Of a stretch of 64,000 nt of DNA, positions 1-13,776 are shown in pieces. The notes under the pieces were generated by a model. That model searched no databases. It was not told the origin of the DNA and saw only the letters and a list, made by a program, of their open reading frames with translations. A program made the position numbers and the translations under genes. Source of the DNA: Neodothiora populina (lineage: Eukaryota); contig NW_027191411.1 in the NCBI RefSeq assembly GCF_041146345.1, forward strand, positions 1,798,001 through 1,862,000. The letters run 5' to 3'. Numbering within the stretch: position 1 is the stretch's first letter; each line of letters starts with the position of its first letter.

Positions 1-3000
1 CGTCGCTGTCGGGGCTGAGCGTGAAGGCTTGAAGGATGCTCTTTGCGTCTTGGGGAGACGGGTGCGAGATCACTTTCATGGGGTTGTTGAAGGCAAATCC
101 GGCTTGAACGGTGCGGTGGTCCAAGGCGCCCTTGTGAGGCAAGATTGCCCATCTGAATGTGTGTTTGCCCATGTCTGCGTGTCCATCTGGTGCTTTTGGT
201 GCACGGAGGAGTGACAGGCGCATCAGGTTGCCACACGTGGCGAAGCCGTATTTGCAGTCATTCAGGATGCTGACGCCGTAGCCGTGCTCGGACAGATCTG
301 CCCATTTGTGGCAGCAGACTTCGAACTTGGCCATATCCCATGTGGTATTGTAATGGGTTGGTCGGCGTACGATACCGTATTGCGTCTCATACGAGGCTTC
401 GGTGTTTGTGACTGTCACCGGGAATTCGACCTTGAGGAACTTCATTGTCTCATGCCAGTCGACTTCGGCTTCGGTCTCGACATACGTGGGGACGTTCTGG
501 TCCACGACTGCGGAAAGAGAGATTGTCGTCTTGATAGAAGATTTGTCGGAGATGATGGTCGTTGTGGTCACAGATACACGATGGGGACCGTTCTCGGTGA
601 TTGTGGTTGGGCCATCAGCCTTGAGTTCTTGACGAGAGTTGAGATGGAAGACCTCAACATCCCAGGCCTGCCAGTACAGGGGCTTGTCGTCAAAGATGAC
701 CAATTGGTTCGCTTTCTCGCCCCCAGCGATCACTTCCCTCTTTGCCTTCTTGTCGTACAGCGAAGTGATGACACCAGCGCAGACTTGAACATCGAATTGG
801 CTGTTGGAAAGTACAAAGACGCCCTTTGAGACTTCCGATACCGAGACCGAAGCCTCTGAAGTAGAGGCCGCGGTCAATGGCGTAATTGAAGTCATACCAG
901 CTTCGCCTTGCAGAGAAGCATACTTCGGCAGGCCTGCAATCGCGGGCAATTTCGCGACCTCTCGTCTGCCGAAGCCGAGGGTGTTGATGGCAACTAGATT
1001 GTCTTTCGTTGTAGGCTTGTCGTCAAAGCCAAGTGCGTCGAGGGCATCCATGAGAAGCTTCTCGCCAGTCTTGAAGACCTTGGCATACAGCTTGATGGCA
1101 TGTTAGCTGGCTCTATACATAATCACTGGGGCAGAAAGACGGAAACTTACCTCTGCTGAATCATCGTATACCATCTCGATGCAACTTCCAGGCAGGCAGT
1201 CGTGGAACTGGCAAAGGAGGACGTTCTCCCACATGCTGTCAATCTCCTCTTTCGGGTATTTGTAGCCGGTCTTGGTTCCTTTGATCACATCCTGAATGCT
1301 CGCCAGCGTCGCGAGGTACTCAATGTCATGAAGCATAATCTCAGACTTGCGGTTATTCTTCTTGTTGTTGGCTTGAGTGGTATACGTACCACGGTGCAGC
1401 TCAAAGTACAGCTCACCATACCAAGTCACGAACTCCGTGCCGTTCTCTGCCTTCTTCTCAAGTCTCGCGAAGAAGTCATCAACGGAATCACCCATTCTCA
1501 CACGAGGAAGGAGGCCAATCTTATCGCTCATGCCGCGAGCTCGCCTAAGCTTCTCAAGATGCTGCCAGGTGGGTCCACCACCACCATCACCCTTGCCGAA
1601 CACGAGAAGGGACGTAGGGTCCTGGTCCATGGATTTGTGCTGAGTGACACTGCGCTTGACATCACCGAAGTGTGCTTCTGCAGTGTAGGTCTCGCATGGT
1701 GCCATATGGCAGATGACCTGACTACCGTCTAGCGAGACCCAATTGAACGTGGTATGGGGAAAATTGTTGATGTTGTTCCAGCTTAGCTTTTGCGTGAAGA
1801 ATCTGGTCATCCCAGCGAGACGGCAAAGCTGCGGCAACTGCGTGGAGTATCCGAACGTATCAGGCAGCCAAAACGTTGTACATCTCTGTCCAAATCGACT
1901 TTCGAAGAAGCGTTGTCCATATACGAATTGGCGCACCAGAGACTCTCCGCTAGGCATGTTGGTGTCATGCTCGACCCAACTGCCTCCGATTGGTTGGAAC
2001 TTGCCCTCCTTTATCTTGCTCTTGACGCGGTCAAAAAGCGGAGGATAAAGCTGCTCAAGCCACTTGAACTGCTGTGCTTGTGAGCAACAGAAGCGGTGCT
2101 CAGGGTAGCGCTCCATCAGATCGCATTGGTTTGACCAGGAGCGAGCGACTTTGCGCTTTGTCTCTGCCCAAGGCCAAAGCCAGCACGTGTCGATGTGGCA
2201 GTGTCCAATACCGGTGACAATGGCATCTTTCGGCTCATCGTACACTTCAGCCGAATCGACCTTGTCTCCGAGATACTTTTTCCCAATTTTCCTGCACTCT
2301 ACAATCGATTCGTGACTACCATTGCCGGCAATGAATGTGTCCATGATAGCGTTACAAATCTGCAGAGCTTCATGTTCCTCCCAAGAGTCATCGGGGAACT
2401 CTCTCGCAGCATCGCCAATGAGCCAAAAGTCGATGAACAAGGCGCGTGCTTCGAGATCAATGACCACGATATCGGCTTTTGATAGCTGGAAGTACTTGTC
2501 AGGATTAGGCGGTTGGATACTGTCTCCTCCCGGCGCATTTCCGAACATTCCGTTACAAGCCATTTCAACGTAGAAAGTATGCTCCTTGCCATCTCTGAAA
2601 GCATCGGGTATGATCCACTCGATACGCTCACCACCACCAGTGAGGCCTTGCAATGGCACACCATCTTCATTCCAGATCAAGCCTTCATTGTTGGCATCCC
2701 AGTGTAACTCGAGATGCTCTTTGTGCAGGAAAGAGCGAGGAAGAGTGAGATGGACGCGGAACCAATGTGTGGACCAACTAGGACCAAACGATTCGCCGAT
2801 TTTGGTCGGGCGGAACTCATTCGAGGTTGCTTCTTTGAATGTCGGGCGAGAGAGATCCGGAGGCGAGTATACCTAAGGTACTCAGTATTAGCCAAGCTAT
2901 ATCTCTATCACGTTTTGATTTCTGGGACGAACCTCTAGCTTTACATGAGGATCTCCAGATGCTCGCTCTGGCTCAATCTTGCTGTCAGTTTGTCAGTATG

Positions 3001-3239
3001 GGCAAAGACGGCTAAGTAGGGCTCAGACATACGGAAGTAATCCCTGGGCTCTGTATTGACCATTGTCTGTAAACTGCTTGAGGCGATCTTTGACGATACC
3101 GTGGATCTGTTCATGTCAGTCATCGAGTCTATGGCTTTGATAATGTGATACGGAAAGGTACCTGCTTCCCCACAGGCCTCGAGGCGAGGACCGGGTACGA
3201 GGAGACGGAGGACATGTTGGTTCTACTCTCTCCACCCAT
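1..3239 (-). CDS. AMS1: Vacuolar/cytosolic alpha-mannosidase, GH38 (3' end beyond window start)
   Basis: ORF 1103-2680 has GH38 motifs GHCHIDTCWLWP, FWLPDTFGYS, GELYFELHRGTYT and QFHDCLPGS. Upstream exons start MGGESRTNMSS at ATG 3239 and include GPSWSTHWF. Coding continues to position 1 after an intron near 1091-1150. Confidence 0.95.
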
Positions 3240-4397
3240 GTTGGATGACTGCTAGAAGAGGAGGGGAATGTTGGAAACTTGACGGAATGACAAGATGGCA
3301 ATTGGTCCACCGAAGCACTGCAAGGCACGGTATGATCGGATCGATAAAGGGTAGGGTACCTTCCCGCGGATCCACAGGTACGAATGCCTCCTGCCATGTC
3401 GGGGGAGCTTTCCCCACACTTACGTGGAGTGCTTGCCGTCATTGACTCGCCAAGAATTGGGGTGTCTCACGCCGTTATCTCCGTCTGTTTATAGCAACCT
3501 GGAACCCGTATATGAAACACAAGCGCCGTGATACTGACGAGCCAAAGACATACACTCCTACCGTTGAGCCTACTACCCTGTGCGTCGCCCATGTCTATCA
3601 TGGTTGGATACGTGCATGGAGCTCACGTATCATCGCCGTTGTGAGTACCTGTACGGCAACCCTGTGTTGGAGATGACTGGGTGTTATAAAGCATTTAGGG
3701 CAACAGCGGCCTCTCTAGAAGGCATCGAAAAATAGGAGAGGCAAAGGTAAGGGTACGTGGCTAGATCTATTTGCAAGGCACGGTCTGGTTCAGTGACTGG
3801 CTATATTCATAGGTCTGTACGTACCCTTCTAGACGATATCTACATCATAGCAAAATACTTCAGATCATGAGTGTCGAACCTCAAGACTTGATCTACAGAA
3901 TCTGGACACAAGAAAGGAGAAAGTGTTATTATACACTTATGGAACATTTATCACTCTAGATCGGCGACCACCAGTTGTGATCTTTTCCGAGCCTCTCTCA
4001 TAGCATAATGGCCAGATACCGAGGTCAGATACCAGAACCAACGGATTGCTACCCATGAGCATTATGAAAGTTTTGTGTAGTGAGTGCAAAAGGATACGTA
4101 TATAGTAACCAGTACTTCCTCCGATAAGTCTCTATAATTTGTCGCAGTCTCTCTACCGGATCAAGTCCATACCTCTTCGCCGTGATCATACGTGACAAAA
4201 CTGCAATGTATCGTGGCATGCTTTATGCTCCAAGGCATCCACAAGGCCACTACAGTATTTACTTGTTTCCTCATTCGGATTAAGCGCGCTTGGCACTCAT
4301 CATCCCATCTCCAAACCAGAGTGCAACGATCAAGAAATATATTCTCACCATACAAATCAGCACGACTCGACCTCCCCGTGCTTGTCAGATAAAGACA

Positions 4398-5291
4398 ATG
4401 CGATGGCCCTGGAGCAGCGCCGAAGAGAACGATGACGGGTCGAACAAGTCCTGGCTCCCGTCCCTCCCAACACAACCCGAGGACCAAAAGCCTCCCATCA
4501 ACTGGACAAACACCCTAAACAAAACCGCTTGGACGAGTCCAGAGGTCCTCCTACCGACCTTTCTCCTCACGACCGCCAGCCTGTTCGGCTTCAAATTCTA
4601 CACACTCTACCTGCGCCGCATCCCGCAAGCTACATATATAACCCCGGACGCGATGGGCAAAAGAAGTATTTTCGGCTATGTGACGGCTGTCGGCGACGGC
4701 GATACGTTTCGCCTCTATCACACGCCCGGAGGAAGATTGCTCGGCTGGGGCTGGCTCCCTGGCAGGAGAGTGGCGGCGTTCACGAAAAAGGATCTCAAGG
4801 ACCAGACTATCCAGGTGCGAGTCGCGGGCATCGATGCGCCTGAACTGGCGCATTTCGGCAAGCCCGCCCAGGTGTACGGGAAGGAAGCCTTGGAGGGTCT
4901 TCGCGGACTGATTCGGGGGCGATTCGTGCGCGCGAAGTTGTATAGACAGGATCAGTACCAGAGGGTCGTGGGTAGTGTGACTGTCATGAAGTGGGGGGTT
5001 TGGCCTCGAGATGTCGGATTGGATATGCTGAGGTTGGGCCACGCTACGGTTTACGAGGCAAAATTCGGGAGTGAGTTTGGAGGTATGGAGGAGAAGTATA
5101 GAGCTGCGGAACGGAAAGCCAAAGGTCACGGCGTGGGATTATGGAAGGGCCAGGGCGCGCCTGGTCTGAGAACGTGGTGGCAGAAGTTGTTCATGAGTAA
5201 CAAAACCAAGGCGGCATTCGAGACGCCTCGGCAGTTCAAGGACAGGACCAAGGAGATGGAGGAGGGGAAGGCTGGATCGAAGAAGTCTTGA
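4398..5291 (+). CDS. LCL3: Staphylococcal-nuclease-fold endonuclease LCL3-like, with N-terminal TM segment
   Basis: Starts MRWPWSS, followed by a hydrophobic helix, VGDGDTFRLYHTPGG, RVAGIDAPE and DQYQRVV. No intron needed. Confidence 0.92.
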   Translation: MRWPWSSAEENDDGSNKSWLPSLPTQPEDQKPPINWTNTLNKTAWTSPEVLLPTFLLTTASLFGFKFYTLYLRRIPQATYITPDAMGKRSIFGYVTAVGDGDTFRLYHTPGGRLLGWGWLPGRRVAAFTKKDLKDQTIQVRVAGIDAPELAHFGKPAQVYGKEALEGLRGLIRGRFVRAKLYRQDQYQRVVGSVTVMKWGVWPRDVGLDMLRLGHATVYEAKFGSEFGGMEEKYRAAERKAKGHGVGLWKGQGAPGLRTWWQKLFMSNKTKAAFETPRQFKDRTKEMEEGKAGSKKS

Positions 5292-5522
5292 TCACGACTA
5301 TCTGCATATATTGCGCGAAGAAGGGGTTTCTGCACATACTCCGCCCTCCCTCTTTGCTTACTTGTTCTTACCTCTTTCACGAATGATACCCTAGCACAGA
5401 GCCTCGCACGAGAACGAATACAAGTTACCAAAAATTTCTTTCAAATCATGTCCTAATTCATGGGTATAATTGCGGAAAAAGCACCGTTATATGGATCTAG
5501 CCCGCTCGTAGCACTGACTCGT

Positions 5523-6748
5523 TCACTGAGCACCAAGAGTCTGCAGGGCTAGCCTGAGTTCCTTGACTGCGGTGTTCACATCATCAAAATTGAGCGCAGA
5601 CATTGCGAATTTAGCGTGCCTAGTCGCGAGAGTGACCGAGGCATCGTCGGTGCGATAGCCACCAGTCGGAACGGCCTGTGCAGGAGGAAGAGGCGCGTTC
5701 TGTGGGATTGTGGGTGGTGGTGCTGGCACAGCTGGAACTGGCGTGGGAGCAACAACAGGAGCTTGAGAAGGCTGCTTGTAGAAGTCTGCTGGGGTTGATG
5801 TATCCGGCGCCGCCGTGGGTGCGGTTGGCTGTGCATCATCAGAGGTAAACGTCGGCACAGATGGGAAATATCCGCCCCCTACAGAGCCTGTGCGGCTAGC
5901 TTCAGTTGCAGCGCTCGGTGAATGCATGTTCTCGAACGGTGCGTCAGGCGCCATTGGTGTTGCGGAAGGCGGTGAAGTGGGATTTGCTTGGACCACGGAG
6001 CCAGGCCGGGATGGTTGCTTGCTTTCCGGCGCACTTTCCACGGTCGGAGGTACATAAGCCGACGATGAAGGTGCTGCTTCCTCTAGTCCAGACATGGGGT
6101 CCTGGATCGCGGGTTCTTCTGCCACTGGGTTTGAAGCATTTGGATCATCACCCGCCTTGATTGCCTTTGCAATACGCACGGCATGATACTTTGCATACTT
6201 GGATTTCGCAGCCAGCTCGGGATCAACAGGAGCCCAGATTGGCATGTTCAAGAGGTCAAAGAAAGTCGACGCCGCTTGGAAAGTATCGATTGTTTGTCTT
6301 GTCTATATCAGTATCATACATACCAGAAGTCAGTCATATGGATTTCGTACCTCGAGGCGTTGTTCGTGTGAATGGCAGTGTCTCCCCTTTGAAAGGTCTC
6401 CAAGGCAAATTGCTCGACATATGCTTTCGCAGCAACGTCGTCGGTAATCGCATCATTGCCGGCTTGCTCAGTCTTGAATTGCTCCAGCTTGTCCATCAGG
6501 GTTGTTGTGTAGTTCATACACTCATCGCTGGCCGTATGTAATCCCTTGGCCAGTATTTGATCAACAATGTAGTAATAGCCTGATCATACGTCAGCAATTT
6601 GAAATATAGTGATGACCCTTGATTTCACTTCCATATCCTACTTACACCAGTACGAGATTATCGGCTTGTACTTTTCGAGCTGTACAGCTCTGGTCACGAA
6701 AGGGACTATGTCCTTGATTTTGAGAGGAGCAGGTAATGCGGAAGCCAT
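5523..6748 (-). CDS. VTA1: ESCRT/Vps4 cofactor Vta1
   Basis: N-terminal MIT-like exons (ASALPAPLK...PIISYW, KAYVEQFALETF), KYAKYHAVRIAKAIKAG, a Pro-rich linker and a C-terminal VSL motif HAKFAMSALNFDDVNTAVKEL. Two introns. Confidence 0.92.
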
Positions 6749-7097
6749 TTCAGTTCCTCTGTTTCCGTACAAGTTTTTCGAGATTTCAATGTGTCGAATT
6801 ATAGAATGGAACTCGAGTCAATGAGCAATCTACCAGAGATAAGACATCAACATTGATATATTCCTAGGACGGTGATCGATTGACGTCGCGTGGCTAAAGC
6901 GCTTACTATATGCCAAGGAGTGCGGGGCGGAGGACTCGGTGGTGTCAATGGCCTGCTAGTGGCTTGTGCACATCTCCTGCTTGTAACACCATTCCAGCTG
7001 CTTCTTAAGGACAAGTTGCTCGTACGCGAGTATATAACACGAGTTGTGTGCGTCCTTGTTTCGAGAGTGACTCGTAACATCTCTCGTATACGTCAGG

Positions 7098-8914
7098 ATG
7101 GTAAACACCCTCGCATTCGCTGCTGCGGCAGCTTCGCTTCTCTTAGTTCCGACTGTGGATGCTGCTGGCGGCATCTACCCCAAGGGCTCGCCTGTGTTGC
7201 AGGTTGATAGCAAGACGTATGGCAGCCTTATTGAGAATTCCAATCACACTTCTGTAAGCTGATTCTAGCAATATTCGTCTTCATCGACTCTTGACTAAGT
7301 AAATCGTAGATTGTAGAGTAAGAAGCAAAATTAATCGTAACATCTCCCATCCAATTCTCACATGACTGCTTCAGGTTCTACGCTCCGTGGTGTGGTCACT
7401 GTCAAAATCTCAAGCCGGCCTACGAGAAGGCTGCAAAATCTCTTTTGGGTCTTGCGAATGTGGCGGCTATAAACTGTGATGAAGATCATAACAAGCCACT
7501 GTGTGGCAGATTCGGTGTTCAAGGCTTCCCAACTCTCAAGATCATCAAGCCAGGCAAGAAGCCAGGCAGACCAATCGTAGAGGACTACCAGGGACAGAGG
7601 AGCGCCAAGGCGATCGTCGAGGCTGTAAAAGACAAGATTCCTAACCACGTCAAAAGGATCTCGGATAAGAATCTTGAGGACTGGCTAGCCGAAGGCAATG
7701 CCACGGCCAAGGCTGTCCTGTTCACCAACAAGGGAATTACGAGTCCACTTCTTAAAGCCCTGGCTGTAGATTTCCTCGGATCTGTCTCTTTCGCCCAGAT
7801 CAGGGACAAAGAAGCCAATGCTATCTCCATGTTTGGCATCACTTCCTACCCGACTCTGCTCTTGCTTCCAGGAGGCGCAGCGGATGCGGTCACATATGAT
7901 GGCGAGATGAAGAAGGAAGCCCTGTCCGGCTTCTTGTCCCAAATTGCTCCTCCTAACCCTGATCCTGCTCCCAAGGCTGCTAAGTCAAGCAAACCCAAGA
8001 AGAGCGCCGGTAAGCAGAAGTCTGCAAATTCGGCTTTTTCAAAAGCCTCCACTGCTCACGAGTCAGCCGACTCGGCCTCAGCCAGAGCGACACAGACGTC
8101 CGAGACTCTGGAGAACGAAGGCGGTCTGCCGACCGAATCACCCAACCCCAACGTTGTCACAGATGAGACCGAGAAGCCAGTCCAGCTTCCAAAGGAAGAG
8201 GCCCCCCTGATTCCTACCCTTACCGCCCTTGAGGACCTCCAACAAGCTTGCCTCACCAAGAAGTCGGGAACATGCATTCTCGCCATCGAGAACGCCGCCG
8301 CAGACGAACAAGATGCGAACACGGCGATCTTGAGCCTCAGCTCCATTCACCACAGACACACCACAAGCGGACACAAGCTCTTCCCATTCTACACCATCGC
8401 GGCCCCTGCCGCCGAAGACTCCTCTCTTCTCACATCTCTCAACCTCCCTACAGAGGCCGCCAAGCAAGCCCTGACCCTCGTAGCCATCAACGCAAAACGC
8501 CACTGGATCAAGAAATTCACCGGCAGCGACCTCGAAGCACTGACCCTTGAAACCTGGATTGACAGCATCAGAATGGGCGACGGCGCCAAGCAATCCCTCC
8601 CAGACAGTATACTAGTCGAGGCGGCCTCGCCAGCAGCAACACCCAGCCCTAGTGCCAGCTCCCCAACCGGCGACTCGGGCCCAGAGATCCAAATGGAAGA
8701 AATCAGCGACGAGGATTACGAGCGTCTGATGAAGAACGCGTTCAAGGTCGGGGGAATGACGGAGAAGAACGACAAGGGCGAGAGTCTGCCGACGGTCGAT
8801 CTTGAGTTTGAGGACATCGATGATGACCTTAAGGAGGGGCTTATCAAGCAGGCCAAGGAGGCTGCCGAAGAGGCCAAGAAGGATCAAGAGGCTGAGGGGC
8901 ACGATGAACTCTGA
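7098..8914 (+). CDS. MPD1: ER protein disulfide isomerase-like, single WCGHC thioredoxin site (MPD1/PrpA type)
   Basis: Signal peptide MVNTLAFAAAAASLLL. Spliced IVEFYAPWCGHCQNL (introns 7254-7309 and 7318-7374). C-terminal HDEL. Confidence 0.9.
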
Positions 8915-9303
8915 GGTGGTGCGAGGCTTGTTCTGATTTGGCTGTCGAGGTCTCAGTGATTGTGACCAGCAGGCGTTGGGGAATTATATCTTCTTTTCTC
9001 GTGTCCTTAGCGTTACCATACGAACAAATGGAGATCAACTTATGGACAAATACCTTTCGAGAGCAAGTGATGATGTGTAGCACTCCTGCTGATTGTGGAA
9101 GACATGGTAATCACTCGACTGCACTATGAGCTCTTATATGGAAACAGAAATAGTAGATTGAGAAGAGATTATATTGTACTTTTGTCAACATATTAATAGT
9201 TATCATTGTATACTCATTGCTTCATTAGCTCAATTCGCATGGATCTGAAACGGAGGCTCGCCGCGAACGTGACGATAGCCTGTCCGGGACCGCCTGAGGC
9301 CGA

Positions 9304-11375
9304 TCATCTGTCATATGCGTGTTTCTCATCCCCCTTGGAGTGCGATTGTAGTCCACTCGAAGTGCCGTCCACAGCCACTGCATCCGCAGCCGCAGCGGCA
9401 GCAGGAGAAGCGTCTGCGGCCCCACTGCGCGTGTCGACCTCACTAGTCTTATCACCAACGGCAGCTTGTTGCTGTTCCTTCGCCTTCTTGACACTTTTCC
9501 ACTCCATGGCCAACGCGCCCACGATCAACATACATGCCATGGCGAGGCCGACATAAAACGCATCGATGATGGCCGCGTTATAAGCGACCAACAGTCTGGG
9601 CAACTCATTCGCGGGAATCAAGTTCCTCAGATCCGTAGCGCCCGTGTTAGCGATGTCTTCGGCACCAATATCAGAGAGGTGCAGTGCGCGTAAGTTCTTG
9701 ATGAGGGATGTGCTGAGAACGTTTTGCGCCACGGAGATAAAGACGCTGCCGCCGAGGTTCTGGCAGAAGAACATTAGTGCCATGCCTGATGAGGCGTACT
9801 TGCGTGGCAGAACGGTCTGCGCAGCCATGTTGGGTTGCTGCAGCCCGCAGCCTAGTCCTAGGCCTAACAGGACTTGGAAACCGATCCACTTGGAATGGCT
9901 GGAATCGACTCGTAGTGTGCAGACGAGACCGAACCCGATAGATGTGATGATGGCGCAGACGAACATGAACGGGGTGTAGTAACCTATTTTACCCACTGCG
10001 ATGCCGGTGAGAATCACGGCCACGACCAGCGCGAGGACCAGAGGAATGCTTCTGATTCCGGATTGTACTGCGTCGACGCCTTTGATGGCTTGGAAGTAGA
10101 TTGGAAGGTAGTAGACGGCTACTGACATGCTCGCGCCTATGCATAGCGTGAACCATGCGCCGGCTGCTATACTGCGATTCGTTATGACACGCTTGGGTAG
10201 TGTGACGTATTCATCATCGCGGAAGACTTGGAGGAGAATGAAGGCGATGGTCAGAACACCGAACACTACCCAAAGAGCTATAATGCGACCGTCGTCCCAA
10301 GCGTACGTTGAACCACCCCATTGCAGCGCCAGTAGGAGGCACACGATACCTGGAAAAAAGCAAAGGGTACCGATAGGATCAAGTTGCTTGATCTTCTCCC
10401 CAACTGACTTCCCAGCGGCAGCCATTGGTCGATCAACTTTTAGTACTAAAAGTACAATGAATGCGGTCACTGCGCCGATAGGCAAGTTGATGTAGAAACT
10501 GTGATCGTGTAAGTAACGAGAGACATTGAAAAGCACATTTCGTACACTTACCACCATCGCCAGGTTGCGTAAGAAGTGAAGACACCACCGAGCAAGGGCC
10601 CAACGACACTCGCAATTCCGAACATGGATCCTGTGACGAGTCAGCACTGACATATGCCCAGTATCGAAACTCGGTGCCTACCCATGAGACCCATCCACAT
10701 GGGCCGCTTGTGAAGCGGGATAACATTCATCAAGATAGCAACACCACCGCTTGTGATGCCTGCACATCCCACACCACTGATAGCCCGACCAATGATGAAA
10801 GCGACAGAGCTAGGGGCTGCACCGCAAATCGCGGAACCGATCTCAAAGAGCAATATGGCGGAAAGGAAGACCCATTTGGGCGAGTAGTATGTGTATGTCT
10901 TTCCGAAGAAAAGCTGGAAGCCTATTTGACGATACAATTTAGTAGTGTAGTCAGGAAGATGAATACGCTCTGCGCAGAATCGCTTAAAGCAGATTGACGT
11001 ACCAGCAGTAGTGATCATGTATGCTGAGCCATACCATCCTATATCGTTGAACGAATGCCATTCATCTGTCATTTTAGGTATCGCTGTGCCTATGATAGTA
11101 CGATCCAGTGCCACAAGGAAGATAGCTAAGTACAAGCCAAGCATGATTATCGCAGCTTCCTTGGTCGGCGGGTACACATGCTCGAGGGATTTCTTATCCG
11201 TTATTGTATCGTCGTGTTCATTACTGGCTCTGCCATTGTTTTCATGTTTACTCTTGGCATCTGTTCGCCAATCTTGTTTCTCGACATCACCTTGGCCAGG
11301 CTTACTAGTCGAGAGTACGTCCGTCTCATCAGTCCTTGACTTGGGTGCGAGGCCATCCTTGTGAAGGTTCACCAT
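9304..11375 (-). CDS. MFS drug:H+ antiporter, DHA2 (14-TM) family
   Basis: [64 protein letters not shown] and [12 protein letters not shown]. Three introns. Confidence 0.93.
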
Positions 11376-12429
11376 TGTGAGACGAGAAGTCGAGTAGGGT
11401 CCAGTCACCTCAGAACTGTCTTGCTGTAATATGGGATATTTAAGGTAAGGTTGTAAGTCAAGAAAGTGAGTCGTAGCCTTGCTATCTAAGGGAAGTACAG
11501 GAAGCAGTCCTGAGCTAGAAGAAGAAGCAACCTTGCGAATAGACGAAGAGCAGGAATGCAAGTTATCTCTAGCAACTGCAGAAAAGGGTGCCATGTCAGA
11601 TATATAACACGAGCACGTCTATAAACCTACACCACGAAGTATGTGAAGATCAGACTTCGAGTCTCATGACTGTCCTAGACCAGAGGGGGTCGCAACATCA
11701 AAGCTCCGATGGTAACACAGAGGAAATGAGCGAGACATCGAGCTAGAGCAACGAGATGCGATCATCATGCACAGGGAGAGCGCCATTTTCCTCAATTTCC
11801 TGCCTTTGGTTTGTACCCTTGTATGCTGGCCGGCGGTTGAAAGTGACAATTGAGGTAAGGAATGCGGGTGAGTGTCCCAGATCTGCGGGGGGTCGGTGCT
11901 TCAGCTGTGCAGTCGGCCGCATGATCGGCCGCTACGTGGGGCCGAAGGTCCGGACCTTGTACTGAATGCAGACCACGTTGTAGAAATCTATTGTATTAAT
12001 ATGATCGATTCGTGTACTCTCCGACATACCGATCACTTTTGATACATTATTGCCTGCAAGAGAGCGGTCGCAGAGATCTGTGGTACCAGGAATTTTGACA
12101 GAATCAGAGCGAAACGATTAGGACTCTCTGCAGTCGCGGATGACTTATGTAGTAGATTGATCACCATTTTGATCATGATCATGTTATGCTTACTGCTATC
12201 CATCGTAGGTGTCTGTTTTTTGTATCACTTCTGATTACACCGGAATTTAAGTAGACAGAGGTACAACAGTGTAACTGGTCTCTAGAATGGCTTGCACTCC
12301 CAGTTTGTCTACATCTCCATGAAGGATAGCCCTTTAGAGATAGTGACCACTTTTGTGAGTGCGGAAGCAGGAGCAAATCATATGGCGTGGCATGAATGAT
12401 GTCTGGAGGCCTAGCTGGTCAAGCATGGC

Positions 12430-13122
12430 TCAGCATGTAGTACTCCTGAGTATGCCAGCAACATGGTCCGCATTGACGAGCTCCACGCCCTGAGTTTTGA
12501 ATTGTTTGGCCACAGTATCATGTGCTTCGCGCCCCTTGTCAACGGGTCTACAAGCATCCTCTACCACGTAAGTCTTGAATCCTTCTTTGGCAGCGTCGAT
12601 AGCAGTACACTTGACGCAGTAATCGAAGGCAAGCCCAACACAGAAAACATGCGTCACGCCGCTGTCTCTGAGCTTCTCCGCTAGACCGCTATCTGCCGCA
12701 GCGATTTTGGGGTTGGAGAAAGGCGCACCGAAGGCGGAGTACATCTCGATCCGTGAATCCTGACCTTTTTTGACGATATGGTCAATCTTACTGGTCTCCA
12801 ACTCCGGTATGAGCTCTGCACCCTTTGTGCCCTGAATACAGTGATCTGGCCATAGTCGACTTTGCTGAGTTTCAGTCTCATTCTCTGGGTTGACTATTGT
12901 GATAGTAGACTCGAATGGTTTATTATGTGGATCTGGATGATTTGAAGCGAAGGATATGTGGTTGCGGGGATGGAAGTCCTTGGTGGCTACGCGAAGTACC
13001 CAAGGCAATGTGAGGAGCTCGTTGATACATGGCGCGGTATCGCGACCACCATCTACGGCCAAGCTACCCGATGGTGGGCAGAAGTCTTCTTGTAAGTCCA
13101 CAACGACCAGAGCAGCCTTCAT
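12430..13122 (-). CDS. PNC1: Nicotinamidase/pyrazinamidase (isochorismatase fold)
   Basis: VVDLQEDFCPPSGSLAV, DFHP, WPDHCIQGT, KG and GLAFDYCVKCTA motifs. Confidence 0.95.
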   Translation of the reverse strand: MKAALVVVDLQEDFCPPSGSLAVDGGRDTAPCINELLTLPWVLRVATKDFHPRNHISFASNHPDPHNKPFESTITIVNPENETETQQSRLWPDHCIQGTKGAELIPELETSKIDHIVKKGQDSRIEMYSAFGAPFSNPKIAAADSGLAEKLRDSGVTHVFCVGLAFDYCVKCTAIDAAKEGFKTYVVEDACRPVDKGREAHDTVAKQFKTQGVELVNADHVAGILRSTTC

Positions 13123-13383
13123 GTTGAACGGCGCTACGACAGATACAGAAATGGATGATCCAGCAAGAGGTCCGAATGAAATGCAGTGGTACTGAACGAT
13201 CGTGTATGGTAGTGGAAGTATCGAGCAGAGAGTCTCAAGGTAGGGCGTTGTCCTTCAAAATATGCCCATATGCTTCATTGTTGTCATGACGTGAGCCACT
13301 TCACGATTCTATCTCAAGCCCACTGGACTACAACAACCAGCTCGACTACAATAGAGAGCTTGGTACGAAGTGATCCAATAGTA

Positions 13384-13476
13384 GGGCTTGTAGCGCAGTG
13401 GTAGCGCGTCTGCTTTGCATATCCATTTCTGGATATCGATTGCTGAAGGTCTTGGGTTCGATCCCCAACAAGTCCA
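13384..13476 (+). tRNA. tRNA-Ala(TGC) with 21-nt intron
   Basis: Acceptor stem GGGCTTG/CAAGTCC with G3:U70, D arm GCGC-AGTGGTA-GCGC, anticodon TGC, T loop TTCGATC, downstream T-run. Confidence 0.93.
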
Positions 13477-13776
13477 TCCTTTTTCTTTCCTGGACTCCAT
13501 CTGCTGCCAGAGTCGTTTTCTTCGTAGCAGTTGCCCCTGCGTCACGCAGCACACTGCGATTTTGATCTTAACGATTGGCAGGTAAAATAGCTACCTAACA
13601 TCCAGTTGAGCAATCGCGCAGGCTGTAAACATCCTTCAGAAAATCATGTCAGTCTACAGAAATGATACTTTTACGCCAGGTCAATGGGGGCAACACAAAA
13701 GGAAAGGGTCTACGCCTTATTCAAGTAACAACAGTTGATGGTTTTCCTGCACGAGACAGGACAAGCCAAAAAGTTG

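Noticed and set aside
9304..11375. Toxin-efflux-type MFS as a marker of a secondary-metabolite cluster
   Set aside because: No PKS, NRPS, terpene synthase or tailoring genes nearby. The neighbours are housekeeping genes.
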